Shown here in pieces: positions 10,935 to 22,015 of a stretch of DNA of 64,000 bases. The stretch comes from an uncultured Candidatus Saccharibacteria bacterium (GTDB taxonomy: Bacteria > Patescibacteriota > Minisyncoccia > Phycocordibacterales > UBA9973). Both the position numbers and the translations under genes were made by a program. Below the pieces are notes generated by a model. That model made no database searches, was not told the DNA's origin, and was given only the letters and a program-made list of their open reading frames with translations. Position 1 is the first letter of the stretch; each line of letters starts with the position of its first letter. Where the stretch lies: contig CAYREQ010000001.1 of assembly GCA_964423445.1 (NCBI GenBank), forward strand, positions 129,732 to 193,731, in the 5' to 3' direction.

Positions 10935-11825
10935 TTAACTGACACTGGCCATACCCGCACTAATCTCTGAAATTTCTCTAGTGATATTTGCTTGTCTGGC
11001 TTTGTTAAAGGCTAAGATCAGGTCGTCTATCATCTCACTTGAAGCATCAGAGGCATTTTTCATGGCTAGCATCCTAGATGATTGCTCTGAAGCACTCGAC
11101 TCAAGAAACATTTGATATATCTGCATTCTTGTAATCTTGTTTGCAAGTGATTCTAATAAAATATCAAAATCTCCCTCAAATAAATAATCAACACGTGGCC
11201 CATTGTTTATTTGAGGAGAACTTTCAATTAAATCTTTTACTTCTTTCTTTGAAATTGGTAAGAGTTGTTTTACTTCGGGATTTTGTACTAAAGCAGAAGT
11301 AAAATAAGTATAAGATATGAAAACTTTTTTATATGTTTTCTCTTTAAAACCTTCTCCTGCAAAATTTGAAATTGGGATGATGTCTGACAGATGTAAATTT
11401 ACATCTGGAATGTCCAAAAATACACCGGTGATATTTTGATTGATACGTCGCATAGCTACGTCACCTTTTTTCCCTACCGTGACTATATCTATCTTACTAT
11501 CATCTCCCAACTCTTTTATCTTTTGAATTGTTTTTTTGATAACTTGAGAATTGTATCCACCACATAAACCTCTATTTGATGTTATCAGTATGAGTAATAT
11601 GTCACCCTCTTCTTGTTCGTTAAAAAATGGGTGAGTAGATTCATCTAAATTTTCAGAGATAGACTTTAAGAGTTCATGAGAATAATCAGCATAAAGGCGA
11701 GAAGCCAAAGTAGCAGAGACTGCACGCTTCATCTTTGAAGCAGCCACTAGCTCCATGGCCTTGGTAATCTTTTTTGTGTTTTTCACACTGATTATTCTTC
11801 TTTTGATTTCTTTTGTCCCTGCCAT
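10935..11825 (-). CDS. atpG: ATP synthase F1 gamma subunit
   Basis: KITKAMELVAASK, RGLCGGYN and RQANITREISEI motifs. Confidence 0.98.
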   Translation of the reverse strand: MAGTKEIKRRIISVKNTKKITKAMELVAASKMKRAVSATLASRLYADYSHELLKSISENLDESTHPFFNEQEEGDILLILITSNRGLCGGYNSQVIKKTIQKIKELGDDSKIDIVTVGKKGDVAMRRINQNITGVFLDIPDVNLHLSDIIPISNFAGEGFKEKTYKKVFISYTYFTSALVQNPEVKQLLPISKKEVKDLIESSPQINNGPRVDYLFEGDFDILLESLANKITRMQIYQMFLESSASEQSSRMLAMKNASDASSEMIDDLILAFNKARQANITREISEISAGMASVS

Positions 11826-11835
11826 AAATTAAATT

Positions 11836-13338
11836 CTAATTTACAAAACCAGCTTTGTAGTCTTCTATAGCTTTCTTTAATTCAGCTTCTCCCTTTTCTG
11901 TCCACATTTTTGTATCTTTTACTTCTTTAAAGAAAGTTTTTGCATTATTTTCTGCATAGTCAATTAGGCCAGCTTCAAAAGCTTTGATTTTTTCTAAAGC
12001 TATATCATCTAGATAACCTTTTGATAATGCATACATAATAATTATTTGATTCTCTACTTTCATTGGAGAATATTGGGATTGTTTCAATACTTCCACTGCT
12101 CTTTTTCCTCTCTCGAGCTGGTTCAATGTAGCTTCATCGAGGTCAGAACCGAATTGAGCGAAAGCTTCAAGCTCACGGAATTGCGCAAGGTCTAGCTTTA
12201 GAGTACCTGCGACTTTTTTCATAGCTTTTATTTGAGCAGCAGAACCAACGCGAGACACAGAAAATCCGACGTTGACTGCAGGGCGAATGCCTTTATAGAA
12301 TAAATCTGTTTCAAGGAAAATTTGTCCGTCAGTAATAGAGATAACGTTTGTAGGAATATATGCAGAGATATCTCCTGCCTGGGTTTCAATAATTGGGAAA
12401 GCAGTGATACTCCCACCACCGTACTTTTCGTTTCTTCGGCAAGCACGCTCAAGTAAGCGAGAGTGAAGGTAGAAAACATCTCCAGGGTAAGCTTCACGTC
12501 CTGGTGGTCGGCGAAGTAGGAGAGAAATCTCACGATATGCTACTGCGTGTTTTGAAAGATCATCATAAATTATCAAAACATCTTTACCTTGATCCATAAA
12601 GTATTCTGCAATTGATACACCTGTATATGGTGCAATATATGAAAGTGAAGCTGATTCTGAGGCACCAGCAGACACGATTACTGTATAATCCATAGCACCG
12701 CCTTCTTCTAGGCGAGCTTGAATTTTTCTAAGTTTAGAATCTTTTTGACCAATAGATACATAAACACATATCATGTTTTGACCTTTTTGATTTAAAATTG
12801 CATCGATAGCAATCGCAGTCTTACCTGTCTGACGGTCACCGATGATAAGTTCACGTTGTCCACGACCTACAGGAATAATAGAATCAATGACTTTTATTCC
12901 AGTAGCGACTGGCTCAGAGACAGAAAGACGAGTCACGACTCCAGGGGCGACTTTTTCTATAGGATAAGTTTTATCACTTTTAAATGCCCCTTTACCATCC
13001 ATAGGTACACCGATAGCATTTACTACTCTACCTAAAATACTATCTCCTACTGGAATTTCCAAAATTCTTCCTGTGGCTTTTACTTCATCTCCTTCTTTAA
13101 TTTTAGAAAAATCACCAAGGATAATGACACCGACTGCGTCTTCTTCAAGATTGAGCGCCACACCGACTTCTCCATTTGGAAAAGTAACCATTTCGGATGA
13201 TTTTACAAGTGAAAGTCCTGAGACTTTTGCAATGCCATCAAAAACTTCGATAACATGACCGACTTTTTCAACCTTTGCTTCAACCAAAAAATCTTCTATC
13301 TCTTTTCTTAAATTTTCTACGATGTGATTATTGCTCAT
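11836..13338 (-). CDS. atpA: ATP synthase F1 alpha subunit
   Basis: GDRQTGKT and [21 protein letters not shown] motifs. Confidence 0.99.
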   Translation of the reverse strand: MSNNHIVENLRKEIEDFLVEAKVEKVGHVIEVFDGIAKVSGLSLVKSSEMVTFPNGEVGVALNLEEDAVGVIILGDFSKIKEGDEVKATGRILEIPVGDSILGRVVNAIGVPMDGKGAFKSDKTYPIEKVAPGVVTRLSVSEPVATGIKVIDSIIPVGRGQRELIIGDRQTGKTAIAIDAILNQKGQNMICVYVSIGQKDSKLRKIQARLEEGGAMDYTVIVSAGASESASLSYIAPYTGVSIAEYFMDQGKDVLIIYDDLSKHAVAYREISLLLRRPPGREAYPGDVFYLHSRLLERACRRNEKYGGGSITAFPIIETQAGDISAYIPTNVISITDGQIFLETDLFYKGIRPAVNVGFSVSRVGSAAQIKAMKKVAGTLKLDLAQFRELEAFAQFGSDLDEATLNQLERGKRAVEVLKQSQYSPMKVENQIIIMYALSKGYLDDIALEKIKAFEAGLIDYAENNAKTFFKEVKDTKMWTEKGEAELKKAIEDYKAGFVN

Positions 13339-13741
13339 ACCTTATTAAATGTTGTTGTAATTTTTTAATCTTATTTTTAATCGTCAAATCTATAACTTCA
13401 TCATCAACCTCTAACTTTACTCCTCCTATCAAACTCTCATCAATAATTTCGTTTAAAACAATATCTCTCGAGCTGTAGCGTTTAGTAAGCATTTTAATTA
13501 AATTTTGTTTTGTTTCATGACTCAATTTTTCTGCTGTTTTTACTAAAACCTCTTTTATACCTTCGTGCTGATTTTTTATTTTATTTAGTTTGAGTAAGAT
13601 ATCTTCCTTTTTGGACAATAACCTGCGTCTATCTAAAAATTTCACTACATTTTTTAGATAAAGTTTTGAATCATTATCTTTCTTATTTAGATAAGTTAGA
13701 TAAATGGCTTTTGCTATGTCATTGTTTGATATAGTTGCCAT
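13328..13741 (-). CDS. atpH: ATP synthase delta subunit (short form)
   Basis: [22 protein letters not shown] motif; lies between atpF and atpA. Confidence 0.9.
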   Translation of the reverse strand: MATISNNDIAKAIYLTYLNKKDNDSKLYLKNVVKFLDRRRLLSKKEDILLKLNKIKNQHEGIKEVLVKTAEKLSHETKQNLIKMLTKRYSSRDIVLNEIIDESLIGGVKLEVDDEVIDLTIKNKIKKLQQHLIRYEQ

Positions 13742-13747
13742 TGTATA

Positions 13748-14239
13748 TTATAGATTGTTCAATTCTTTGACGACCTTTTCATTGTACGCATTATCTACTT
13801 TACTACCTATGATTTTTTCTGTAGCAGAAATAACTAATTCTGCTACTTCACGTTTTGCTTCACTGACCATCTTAGCTTTTTCAGACTCAAGAGTTTTCTT
13901 TCCATTTTCTATCATTACATTGACTTCATTGCGTGCGTCTGAAATCATGCTTTCTTTTTTTGCCAAAGCTTCTTTTTTACCTTCCTCAAATATTTTTTGA
14001 GCTTCGGTGCGAGCTTGAGCCAATGTAGCCTCGTACTCTTTTTGTGTTTGACTTAAAACAATGGCATTTGATTTTGCATCATCTATACCTTTTGAAATTT
14101 TTTCTGACCTCTCAGCCATTAATTTTGACAAAGGTTTTAAGGCATAAAAATATAAAACTAAAAATACTATGCCAAAGTTTACAACTTGGGCAATGATTAT
14201 TTTCCAGTCTATATGAAATGTTGCAATTATTGATTCCAT
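13748..14239 (-). CDS. atpF: ATP synthase Fo subunit b
   Basis: N-terminal TM (AQVVNF..) followed by coiled coil; operon position. Confidence 0.95.
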   Translation of the reverse strand: MESIIATFHIDWKIIIAQVVNFGIVFLVLYFYALKPLSKLMAERSEKISKGIDDAKSNAIVLSQTQKEYEATLAQARTEAQKIFEEGKKEALAKKESMISDARNEVNVMIENGKKTLESEKAKMVSEAKREVAELVISATEKIIGSKVDNAYNEKVVKELNNL

Positions 14240-14257
14240 TGAGTTAAAAAATTAGTA

Positions 14258-14506
<249 letters not shown>

Positions 14507-14543
14507 TTATAATAATTAATAATGTCGACTAAAAACTTATAAT

Positions 14544-15389
14544 TTATGCATGAGCCACCCCTCCTTCTTTGTGCTCGGATTCATGTTCATCGTGATCTGT
14601 CGCAGAAATCGTGAAATAAACGACAAGTAAAATTGAAAAGATCAGAGCTTGAATTACTCCTACTAAAATCTCTAAGAAGAGAAATGGTATAGGAACTATA
14701 TATGCGACGAGAGCTGCCATCGATGCTAATAAAACTTCTCCAGCAAATACATTACCGAAAAGTCGGAAAGACAAGGAAGCTACTTTCGCAAATTCACTGA
14801 TAATTTCAATTATCCCAACAAAGAACGTGATAGGTGCTACTATTATTACTGTTGGTTCTTTACGGATTTTTGTAAAAATACCGCCCAACACCTTGATGTT
14901 AACATATTTGTTAAAAGTTTTCCATAAACCGATAGAAAAGATACCGAAGACATTTGCACTAATTACAGCCATCACAGCGAGTGCTATCGTGGTATTTATA
15001 TCGGCAGTACCTCCTCTAAAAATAGGCACGAAAGCCAAGCCATGCTCACCTCTTTCCAATAAACCAAAGCCACCCAAAGGAAGCAATCCGAGCCAGTTGT
15101 TTATGAGAATAAATAGAAATACTGAAGACGCTATCGGAAAGACTTTTTCTGACAGAGCTCTGTTGTTTGTGACTTGGTCGCACAAATCTAGTCCACCCTC
15201 CACAATGATTTCAAAGATAGTCTGCAATTTTCCTGGAACTTCGCGCAAAACATAGCGAAGGAGAAAAGAAAGTATGATGATAATAAAAACTACAACCCAA
15301 GACGTGAGTAGAGAATTTGTAATAGTAAAATTTTCAAAATGAAATATTGGCTCTGCAAATAATGTAATTTCGTGTGATATTTTTTCCAT
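14544..15389 (-). CDS. atpB: ATP synthase Fo subunit a
   Basis: SLSFRLFGNVFAGE and IQALIF motifs. Confidence 0.97.
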   Translation of the reverse strand: MEKISHEITLFAEPIFHFENFTITNSLLTSWVVVFIIIILSFLLRYVLREVPGKLQTIFEIIVEGGLDLCDQVTNNRALSEKVFPIASSVFLFILINNWLGLLPLGGFGLLERGEHGLAFVPIFRGGTADINTTIALAVMAVISANVFGIFSIGLWKTFNKYVNIKVLGGIFTKIRKEPTVIIVAPITFFVGIIEIISEFAKVASLSFRLFGNVFAGEVLLASMAALVAYIVPIPFLFLEILVGVIQALIFSILLVVYFTISATDHDEHESEHKEGGVAHA

Positions 15390-15392
15390 AAA

Positions 15393-15659
15393 TTATTTTT
15401 TAGTCTTGTCTTCGATTTCTTTAATCTTTTTTATATATTTTTGCACAACACGCACCATACCAATACATGTAAACAAAAAAGCTATACCTGTAGATATTAA
15501 AAATAGTGTAGGCTTTGTATGATAATGACTGTCCAAGCTCTTGCCTACTATGAGAGCAATTATAATAGGAGCCACTATCCACATAGAAACTTCACTAAAG
15601 AGCCCCATTGCTGGCTTCCACCAAGGCTCACCATTTAAAGGTTTTTTGTCATTAATCAT
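15393..15659 (-). CDS. AtpZ/AtpI family membrane protein
   Basis: Two TM helices with G..LD....T.P motif; first gene of the atp operon. Confidence 0.85.
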   Translation of the reverse strand: MINDKKPLNGEPWWKPAMGLFSEVSMWIVAPIIIALIVGKSLDSHYHTKPTLFLISTGIAFLFTCIGMVRVVQKYIKKIKEIEDKTKK

Positions 15660-15729
15660 AAAAAGAAAAGGCGAAATGCCTTTCCCCTATAATAATATAA
15701 AGATGCGCTTGATGCAAATATAGGAAAAT

Positions 15730-16359
15730 CTATTTTTTAGTTAACACCAAGAGTCTATTGCCCTCAAAATCACCATAATCAGGAGCAACCTTATCTGACC
15801 TCTCTTTTAAAATTTTTTCAGCAATCGCTATATTACCGTTGATATTACCTAGGGGGTATAGGGGGTATATGTAAGCTTTCCCTCCAGGTTTTAAAGTCCT
15901 AATTATTTCATCTATCACTCTTTCAAACTCTTCATAAAAAAACTTTTCAGAATTTTCGCTGCTTTCTCCTATTTCTTCATATCTAGGAAGGTAATAAGGG
16001 ACAGAATATAACGCGAATTCAGAATCAAAAGAATTATCAGCAAAAGGCATTTCTTGTGCTCTTGCACCTACATCACCTTCAGCGTGGATTATCTTTTCAG
16101 CAGATTTTGCTTCTTTACCTCTCTTAAATTCTGGGTTTAGAGAAAAAACTTTTACACCAAGAGCTGAAACTCTATCATGAAAGTTTCCTCTCCCTGAACC
16201 TATGTCTAAGATTGTCTTTCCTTTCATTTCTGAAAATTTCACATCAAATAATGACTCGTATTCCTCCACAGAACGCTCTGTAATTACAGGCTTATCTTCA
16301 CGAAGTTTCCTTCTTAGTTTTTTTAAATCCTCGTTGTTTATATTTTCAAAATTTTCCAT
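15730..16359 (-). CDS. Class I SAM-dependent methyltransferase
   Basis: ILDIGSGRG, MPFADNSFD and RTLKPGG motifs. Start moved to MENFEN (16359) because the longer ORF overlaps tRNA-Ile. Confidence 0.88.
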   Translation of the reverse strand: MENFENINNEDLKKLRRKLREDKPVITERSVEEYESLFDVKFSEMKGKTILDIGSGRGNFHDRVSALGVKVFSLNPEFKRGKEAKSAEKIIHAEGDVGARAQEMPFADNSFDSEFALYSVPYYLPRYEEIGESSENSEKFFYEEFERVIDEIIRTLKPGGKAYIYPLYPLGNINGNIAIAEKILKERSDKVAPDYGDFEGNRLLVLTKK

Positions 16360-16374
16360 AAATAGTTTTACTAG

Positions 16375-16446
16375 TGAGCGTGGATGGAATCGGACCATCG
16401 ACCTCTGTCTTATCAGGACAGCGTTCTACCACTGAACTACACGCTC
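16375..16446 (-). tRNA. tRNA-Ile (GAT)
   Basis: GAGCGTGTAGTTCAGTGGTAGAACGCTGTCCT-GAT-AAGACAGAGGTCGATGGTCCGATTCCATCCACGCTCA cloverleaf; T-loop reads TCCGATT. Confidence 0.95.
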
Positions 16447-16482
16447 ATTAAACAAAACTATACCAAAAATTTAGTAGAAACG

Positions 16483-16510
16483 CAAAAAGCACCCGAAGGT
16501 GCCTTTTGTT
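16483..16510 (-). terminator. Intrinsic terminator of the RRM gene
   Basis: Minus strand GCACC-TTCG-GGTGC-TTTTT, a UUCG tetraloop hairpin with U tract. Confidence 0.85.
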
Positions 16511-16526
16511 TCAAAAACTAATTTTA

Positions 16527-16841
16527 TTAGTATTCTCTGCGTCCTCCGCCGTTACCGTATCCGCCATTGCCACCTGTTCGTGGTGGGCGAGCTTCCATAG
16601 GTCGAGCTTCGTTGACAGTAAGCTTGCGTCCTTCGAAATCTTTATCGTTAAACATCTCGATAGCTTTTGTAGCTTCATCTTGAGATGACATTTCAACGAA
16701 CCCGAAACCTTTTGAACGACCAGACATCTTGTCCATGATAATCACAGCAGAAACAACGTTTCCAGCTTGTGCGAAGTACTCTTTTAGAGCAGCTTCTTGT
16801 GTGCTGTAAGGTAATCCCCCTACATATAGCTTTGTAGCCAT
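16527..16841 (-). CDS. RRM RNA-binding protein with Gly-rich tail
   Basis: RNP2 LYVGGL and RNP1 KGFGFVEM motifs. Confidence 0.95.
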   Translation of the reverse strand: MATKLYVGGLPYSTQEAALKEYFAQAGNVVSAVIIMDKMSGRSKGFGFVEMSSQDEATKAIEMFNDKDFEGRKLTVNEARPMEARPPRTGGNGGYGNGGGRREY

Positions 16842-16981
16842 TTGTTTACTTCGCCGGTTTTTAAAAACTCCGGCAAAAACTAATTATAATGTCTGCCTGC
16901 GAGGCCAGACGTAGAAATTCTTGTACTTAAACGAGAAAAAACTACCTTTAAATTCTACCATATGTCTAAATAAAAGCAATT

Positions 16982-17953
16982 TTAGTCCTCGTCTTCGTCA
17001 CCTGTTTCTCCAGAATCTATAGCATCTATTATGTCACCGATTTCCCCTTCTAAGATTTTTGGCAGATTGTGCCATGATTTTTTTATTCTATGGTCGGTGA
17101 CTCTATCTTGAGCATAGTTATATGTACGAATTTTTTCACTTCTATCCCCTGTACCAATTTGGTTTTTTCTCTCGGCTCCGTATTTTGCAGCGTCTTTTTC
17201 TTCTTCTAACTGCTGTAGTTTTGCAGTCAAAATCATCATAGCTTTTTCTCTATTTGCGAGCTGGCTTCTCTCATTTGTAGAACGCACATCGAGCCCTGTA
17301 GGTTTGTGTATTATTCTCACAGCAGTCTCTACTTTGTTTACGTTTTGTCCACCCTTACCACCGGAGCGAGAATATTCTAGCTCAAATTCAGCTGGATTTA
17401 CATGAAAAGTTATTTTCTTTTTTATAGGAAGTACTGCCACAGAAGCAGTAGACGTGTGTACTCGGCCATTTTTTTCTGTAGCTGGGACTCTCTGCACTCT
17501 ATGAACTCCTGTCTCAAAGCGCATTTTTTTATATACATCTTTACCTTTTATTTCAAAACTTGCTTCTTTATAGCCGTTCAAATCGCTCTTGGATTCATAG
17601 TTTACATACCATTGCCAGCCCTGTGACTCAGCAAACTTTTCATACATATGGGCTAGCTCCCACGCAAAAAGACTGGCTTCGTCTCCACCAGCTCCTGCTC
17701 GCACTTCTAATACTATTTCATTTGGAAATTCTTCTTTTTCTTTCTCTTTGTCTAAAATATCTTGGATTTGTTTTTCTATTCTTTCTTTCTCTTCTTGGAT
17801 AGTCTGCAGTTCTTTTCCTGCGAGCTCATGCAAGCTCTCGTCGCTGTCTAGCATCTCACGAACTTGTATCTCTTCACGCAGAATTTTCTCTAACTGAGTA
17901 GCTAGATAATTTGTGTTGTGATCTTTTTTTAGTTCTTCTATGTCTAGTGCCAT
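16982..17953 (-). CDS. prfA: Peptide chain release factor 1
   Basis: GGQ motif, PAT specificity motif, [11 protein letters not shown]. Confidence 0.96.
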   Translation of the reverse strand: MALDIEELKKDHNTNYLATQLEKILREEIQVREMLDSDESLHELAGKELQTIQEEKERIEKQIQDILDKEKEKEEFPNEIVLEVRAGAGGDEASLFAWELAHMYEKFAESQGWQWYVNYESKSDLNGYKEASFEIKGKDVYKKMRFETGVHRVQRVPATEKNGRVHTSTASVAVLPIKKKITFHVNPAEFELEYSRSGGKGGQNVNKVETAVRIIHKPTGLDVRSTNERSQLANREKAMMILTAKLQQLEEEKDAAKYGAERKNQIGTGDRSEKIRTYNYAQDRVTDHRIKKSWHNLPKILEGEIGDIIDAIDSGETGDEDED

Positions 17954-17962
17954 AGAAAAGTT

Positions 17963-18187
17963 TTATTTTTTAGCTTTTACTTTAGAAGATGCCTCTGCAC
18001 GCTTTTTGAAACGTTCTACACGTCCAGCTGTGTCCATTATCTTTTCATTTCCAGTGTAAAAAGGGTGACATTGACTACAGATTTCTACTTTTATTTCAGG
18101 CATAGTTGAGCCAACTTCAAAAACCGCTCCGCAAGCGCAAGAAGCTTTTGTTTTTAAATCATATTTTGGGTGTATATCTTTTTTCAT
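17963..18187 (-). CDS. rpmE: 50S ribosomal protein L31
   Basis: [13 protein letters not shown] and [10 protein letters not shown] motifs. Confidence 0.97.
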   Translation of the reverse strand: MKKDIHPKYDLKTKASCACGAVFEVGSTMPEIKVEICSQCHPFYTGNEKIMDTAGRVERFKKRAEASSKVKAKK

Positions 18188-18234
18188 GTTGTAAAGAATA
18201 ATAGCATAAATTCACTTTCAAGGCAAATTCTCTA

Positions 18235-19599
18235 TTAGAGTAGGTCTATATTAGCTTGAATTTTCGCTTTTAAGTTCATGACACTCTTACCATATGAGCA
18301 TGTGGTACCACCTGAGCCATAATACTTACAAGCTGCTTTTATTTGCCCACTTGCACTGGTACCGATTGCTCCCAGGTCTGTCAGATACATACTAGAAGCC
18401 ATAAATGCGTCTTCTGGTGCCCAAGGATTTGGATAATGACCAAGTGCAGTTTGCAAACGACTGATAAACATTTTCCAAGTAGAAGGAATAAACTGCGCAG
18501 GGCCCATAGCTCCACCATAGCCAGCTACTCCAGCGATAGGACAAGACACAGCTGTCTGATATGGATCTACGCCAAGCTTTCCAGTAATTTCAAGAAATGG
18601 AGCGACGTCTCGTGTAGGCTTCATGACATTTGCAAATGGTGTGCCTGTATTTTTCCCTTTTCCAGCGCCTGTCTCTGTGTTTGTAAGATAACATTGACCG
18701 ACATTTGAACCCAAGTTACTTTCTTGGGTAAGAATAGCAAGTAGAAATGCTGGCTCTATACCTGTCTTACCCTCAGCTTCTCTTGCATATGCTAGTGCTG
18801 TACCGAAATCAATCTTTGTAGAAGTGTTTGCTAAAGGAAATAATGCTGCACGAATTTTATCAGCACGAGCTTTCTTTTCCGCTGCGAGCTTTTGATATTC
18901 AGATTCTTTTTGTTTAGAAATTGCCAAGAGTTGTTTTTTCTCTGCTTCAGACTGAGCTACCTTTTGCTGAGCACTTTCCAGCTCTGCTTTGGCATCTGTC
19001 TCTGCGTCTTGCTTTTGCTCCAACTCAATTTTTGCTAGTTCAGTTTGTTTTTTTGTGACTCTGACAATACCTAAAGAGTCTTCTATTCCTTCCTTGATTG
19101 CAGTATATGCTTCGATATCTCCGTAAAAATCAGAAATACTCTCATCTGATAAAATCAGATGCATGATATTTCCATTATCAAACTCATTTTCATTTCGGAG
19201 TAGTTTTGCCAATGAAGCGTGCTCACGGTTAATTTTTGTAGACAGAGAGTTTATGGTGTTTGTCTTCTCGGTAATATGTACTTTTATTTGAGCTATTACT
19301 AGAGCCCGAGCTTTAATCTTTGCTTTTAGTGCATTTATTTGGCTGGTTAGGTAATCCACATCACCTTTGATATTTCCTGTAGTTTTTTGCTGTTGTTTTT
19401 GTTTCTGTAAGAGCTCTGCTAGCTGTGCTTCTATCTGAGCAAGTTCGTTTTTACAATAATCTTTATTTGCCTGGCTAGAGTCAGAATCTAGTTTTAAACA
19501 ATCAAAAGCTGCATTCGTAGGTTTTGTAAAAAATCCTAACATCATAAATGCAGACACGATAAATATAAACAAAAAAGCTATGACTGTTTTCTTGGTCAT
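18235..19599 (-). CDS. Secreted coiled-coil (PcsB/CwlO-like) protein with C-terminal lytic transglycosylase domain
   Basis: Signal peptide, long coiled coil, ILTQES catalytic Glu and GAMGPAQFIPSTW motif. Confidence 0.85.
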   Translation of the reverse strand: MTKKTVIAFLFIFIVSAFMMLGFFTKPTNAAFDCLKLDSDSSQANKDYCKNELAQIEAQLAELLQKQKQQQKTTGNIKGDVDYLTSQINALKAKIKARALVIAQIKVHITEKTNTINSLSTKINREHASLAKLLRNENEFDNGNIMHLILSDESISDFYGDIEAYTAIKEGIEDSLGIVRVTKKQTELAKIELEQKQDAETDAKAELESAQQKVAQSEAEKKQLLAISKQKESEYQKLAAEKKARADKIRAALFPLANTSTKIDFGTALAYAREAEGKTGIEPAFLLAILTQESNLGSNVGQCYLTNTETGAGKGKNTGTPFANVMKPTRDVAPFLEITGKLGVDPYQTAVSCPIAGVAGYGGAMGPAQFIPSTWKMFISRLQTALGHYPNPWAPEDAFMASSMYLTDLGAIGTSASGQIKAACKYYGSGGTTCSYGKSVMNLKAKIQANIDLL

Positions 19600-19623
19600 A
19601 GCTCTATTGTATCATATTTTATA

Positions 19624-20271
19624 TTATTTTGAATCCCCAGATGCTTCGGCTTCAGGATCTTCTTTCTTACCTTTCTTTTCTACTTCAATTGAAGAAAGGT
19701 CTACAGGTGTAGATTCTTCTTTTTCTTCTACTTGAAGAACGATAGATGCTACTACTTCTTCTTTATCAGTCAAAATAGTGACGCCACTCGGTACAGATAT
19801 GTCAGATACAAAGATTTGGTCTTCTGTAGTAGCTAATTTTGATAGATCTACAGTGATTTTTTGAGGTAATTCTGAAGGCAGACCCTCTACTTCTACTTCG
19901 TGTAAGACTTTTACTAGATTACCAAGTCCACTTTTTACTGCTCCTGAGATACCTGAAAATTCTAGAGGAATATTTACTGTGACTTTCTTCTTCATATCAA
20001 TCGCTAGGAAATCAGCATGTATAGGCTCACTAGTGACTGGATCTACTTGGACTTCGTGGATTAGAACGTCTATATCTCCACTATCTAGTGATATTTTTAC
20101 AGGAGATGATTCTCCAGCTTCACGCCAAGCTTTCTTGAATAAAACGACAGGAATAGAAATAGAAGTAGTGTCTTTGCCCATGCCATAAAAAACAGCTGGG
20201 ATTTCCCCTCCACTCCTTAAATTATCTAATTTGACACTTGTGTCTCGCTTTTTAGCTTTAATTACAAACAT
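19624..20271 (-). CDS. rplY: 50S ribosomal protein L25/Ctc
   Basis: IPAVFYG and EVQVDPV...HADF motifs. Start set at MFVIK, 7 nt after a TTGACT-17-TATACT promoter. Confidence 0.95.
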   Translation of the reverse strand: MFVIKAKKRDTSVKLDNLRSGGEIPAVFYGMGKDTTSISIPVVLFKKAWREAGESSPVKISLDSGDIDVLIHEVQVDPVTSEPIHADFLAIDMKKKVTVNIPLEFSGISGAVKSGLGNLVKVLHEVEVEGLPSELPQKITVDLSKLATTEDQIFVSDISVPSGVTILTDKEEVVASIVLQVEEKEESTPVDLSSIEVEKKGKKEDPEAEASGDSK

Positions 20272-20314
20272 AAGAAACAGTATACCCGAACACACTGGAA
20301 AAGTCAAAAAGCTG

Positions 20315-22012
20315 TTAGACCTTATGGCTAGATTGATGCTCTTTTACAATATGACCTCTTATATATTCTCTAGTGCCTGCTCCATTTGTGCTATTTTTTT
20401 CAGCAATTTTTTTACCTGGATTAAATATGTTTTGTGGGTCAAAAATATCTTTAATCTCCCTAAATATCTTAATTATTTTCTCCCCATACATTTTTTCTAA
20501 ATATGGTGTACGAATAAGACCATCATTGTGCTCTGCAGTGATTGATCCTTGGTATTTTAAAACCAAATCATATACTTTTTCTCCTAACTCAAGAATAATT
20601 TTTGCAGTATCAGGGCGCTTGAAATCCATAAGTGGAATAATGTGAAAATTTCCATCTCCAGCGTGTCCAGCTATGGTATATGTCAATTTATACTGACTTA
20701 AAATGACATTTAATTCTGGAATAAATTTTGGCAAAAATTCTGAACGGACTATGATGTCATCTATAAATGGTGCTGTGTGCATTTTTTTGACATGCTTTCT
20801 AAGCAATGCAAAGCTTTCTCTCCTGATATCCCAATACTTGTTTGCTTCAGCTTCATTTTCTGTAATATGAATTTTTAATTTAAAGTCTTTTATTTTTTCT
20901 TCTAGTTTTTTGCATTTATCATTTACTTCTTTTTCATCTTGTCCTGAAAATTCTACTAAAAGAATTAATTTTGGGAAACCACCAGATAGCATCATGAAAA
21001 ATTCTGGCATAAAGCTCCAGCCTAACTTCAACATTTCGATAAACCCTTTATTTTTAAGGAAATCTGGGAAGAATTTTACAGCTAATTTCATAGTCTTGTC
21101 ATCATAGGCCTCTAAGGTCTCTGGATTGAGCTCTAAAATTTCATCTACAAGACGACCGAGAGGTAAAAGGTCATTCATAAATACAGCGACGAGCTTGGAA
21201 TATTTTATGTTTGGAATAATTTTAAAAGTTATTTCCGTGACTATGCCGAGTGTACCTTGTGAACCCACGAGAAGTTTATTAAGATCGAAAACTTTTTCTC
21301 CTTTTACATTCCAAATATAATAACCAGCAGAATTTTTGTGGACTTTTGGCTTGGCATGTTTTATATCTTCTTCATTTCCTGTAATCAATTTATTTATTCT
21401 GCGATAGATTTCTCCTTCAGCTCCACCAAGTGTCATCTTTTGGTTTAGCTCACTTTGATTTAAGGGCTTAATGATGTATTCATTTCCATCATGGAATATT
21501 ATTTTTGCTGACAAAATATAATCTTCAGTTTTTCCATATTTGAGTGTTCGCTCTCCTGCAGAATTATTGCCATACATACCACCCATAGCATTCAAACTCT
21601 TTGATGCGGTATAACAAGGCAATATCAATCCTTTTGCTAAAGTAATTTTTTCAAAATCTCTATAAAACATCCCTGGCTCTACGGTGATTTCCCACTCGTC
21701 TTTATTTTGCATTGGTAGTGGGCCACCGATTAATTTATTCATATGTCGAGTAAAATCCATGATTATAGACTCTCCTATTGCTCCACCAGACATACAGGTG
21801 CCAGCACAGCGTGCTGTGATAGAAAGCTCAGGATGATTTGGCTTGTTTACCATCATCCACTTTACTAAATTCCTGACATCTTCAGCATCGAGCGGGTAAA
21901 CTATTAGCTTTGGCATAACCTCCAGCAAGCTCGCATCATGCGAGTACTTTAAAAGTGTATCTTCACTATCATCCACTTCCCCTTTAAAAAATTTTAATAT
22001 TTGTTCTTTCAA
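20315..22012 (-). CDS. FAD-linked oxidoreductase (GlcD/D-lactate dehydrogenase family)
   Basis: GSQGTLGIVTE, GHAGDGNFH, TAEHNDG and FDPQNIFNPGK motifs. Confidence 0.9.
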   Translation of the reverse strand: MKEQILKFFKGEVDDSEDTLLKYSHDASLLEVMPKLIVYPLDAEDVRNLVKWMMVNKPNHPELSITARCAGTCMSGGAIGESIIMDFTRHMNKLIGGPLPMQNKDEWEITVEPGMFYRDFEKITLAKGLILPCYTASKSLNAMGGMYGNNSAGERTLKYGKTEDYILSAKIIFHDGNEYIIKPLNQSELNQKMTLGGAEGEIYRRINKLITGNEEDIKHAKPKVHKNSAGYYIWNVKGEKVFDLNKLLVGSQGTLGIVTEITFKIIPNIKYSKLVAVFMNDLLPLGRLVDEILELNPETLEAYDDKTMKLAVKFFPDFLKNKGFIEMLKLGWSFMPEFFMMLSGGFPKLILLVEFSGQDEKEVNDKCKKLEEKIKDFKLKIHITENEAEANKYWDIRRESFALLRKHVKKMHTAPFIDDIIVRSEFLPKFIPELNVILSQYKLTYTIAGHAGDGNFHIIPLMDFKRPDTAKIILELGEKVYDLVLKYQGSITAEHNDGLIRTPYLEKMYGEKIIKIFREIKDIFDPQNIFNPGKKIAEKNSTNGAGTREYIRGHIVKEHQSSHKV

Positions 22013-22015
22013 GTT

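Noticed and set aside
16360-16398. N-terminal extension of the methyltransferase ORF
   Set aside because: It overlaps tRNA-Ile; the ATG at 16359 is the more plausible start.
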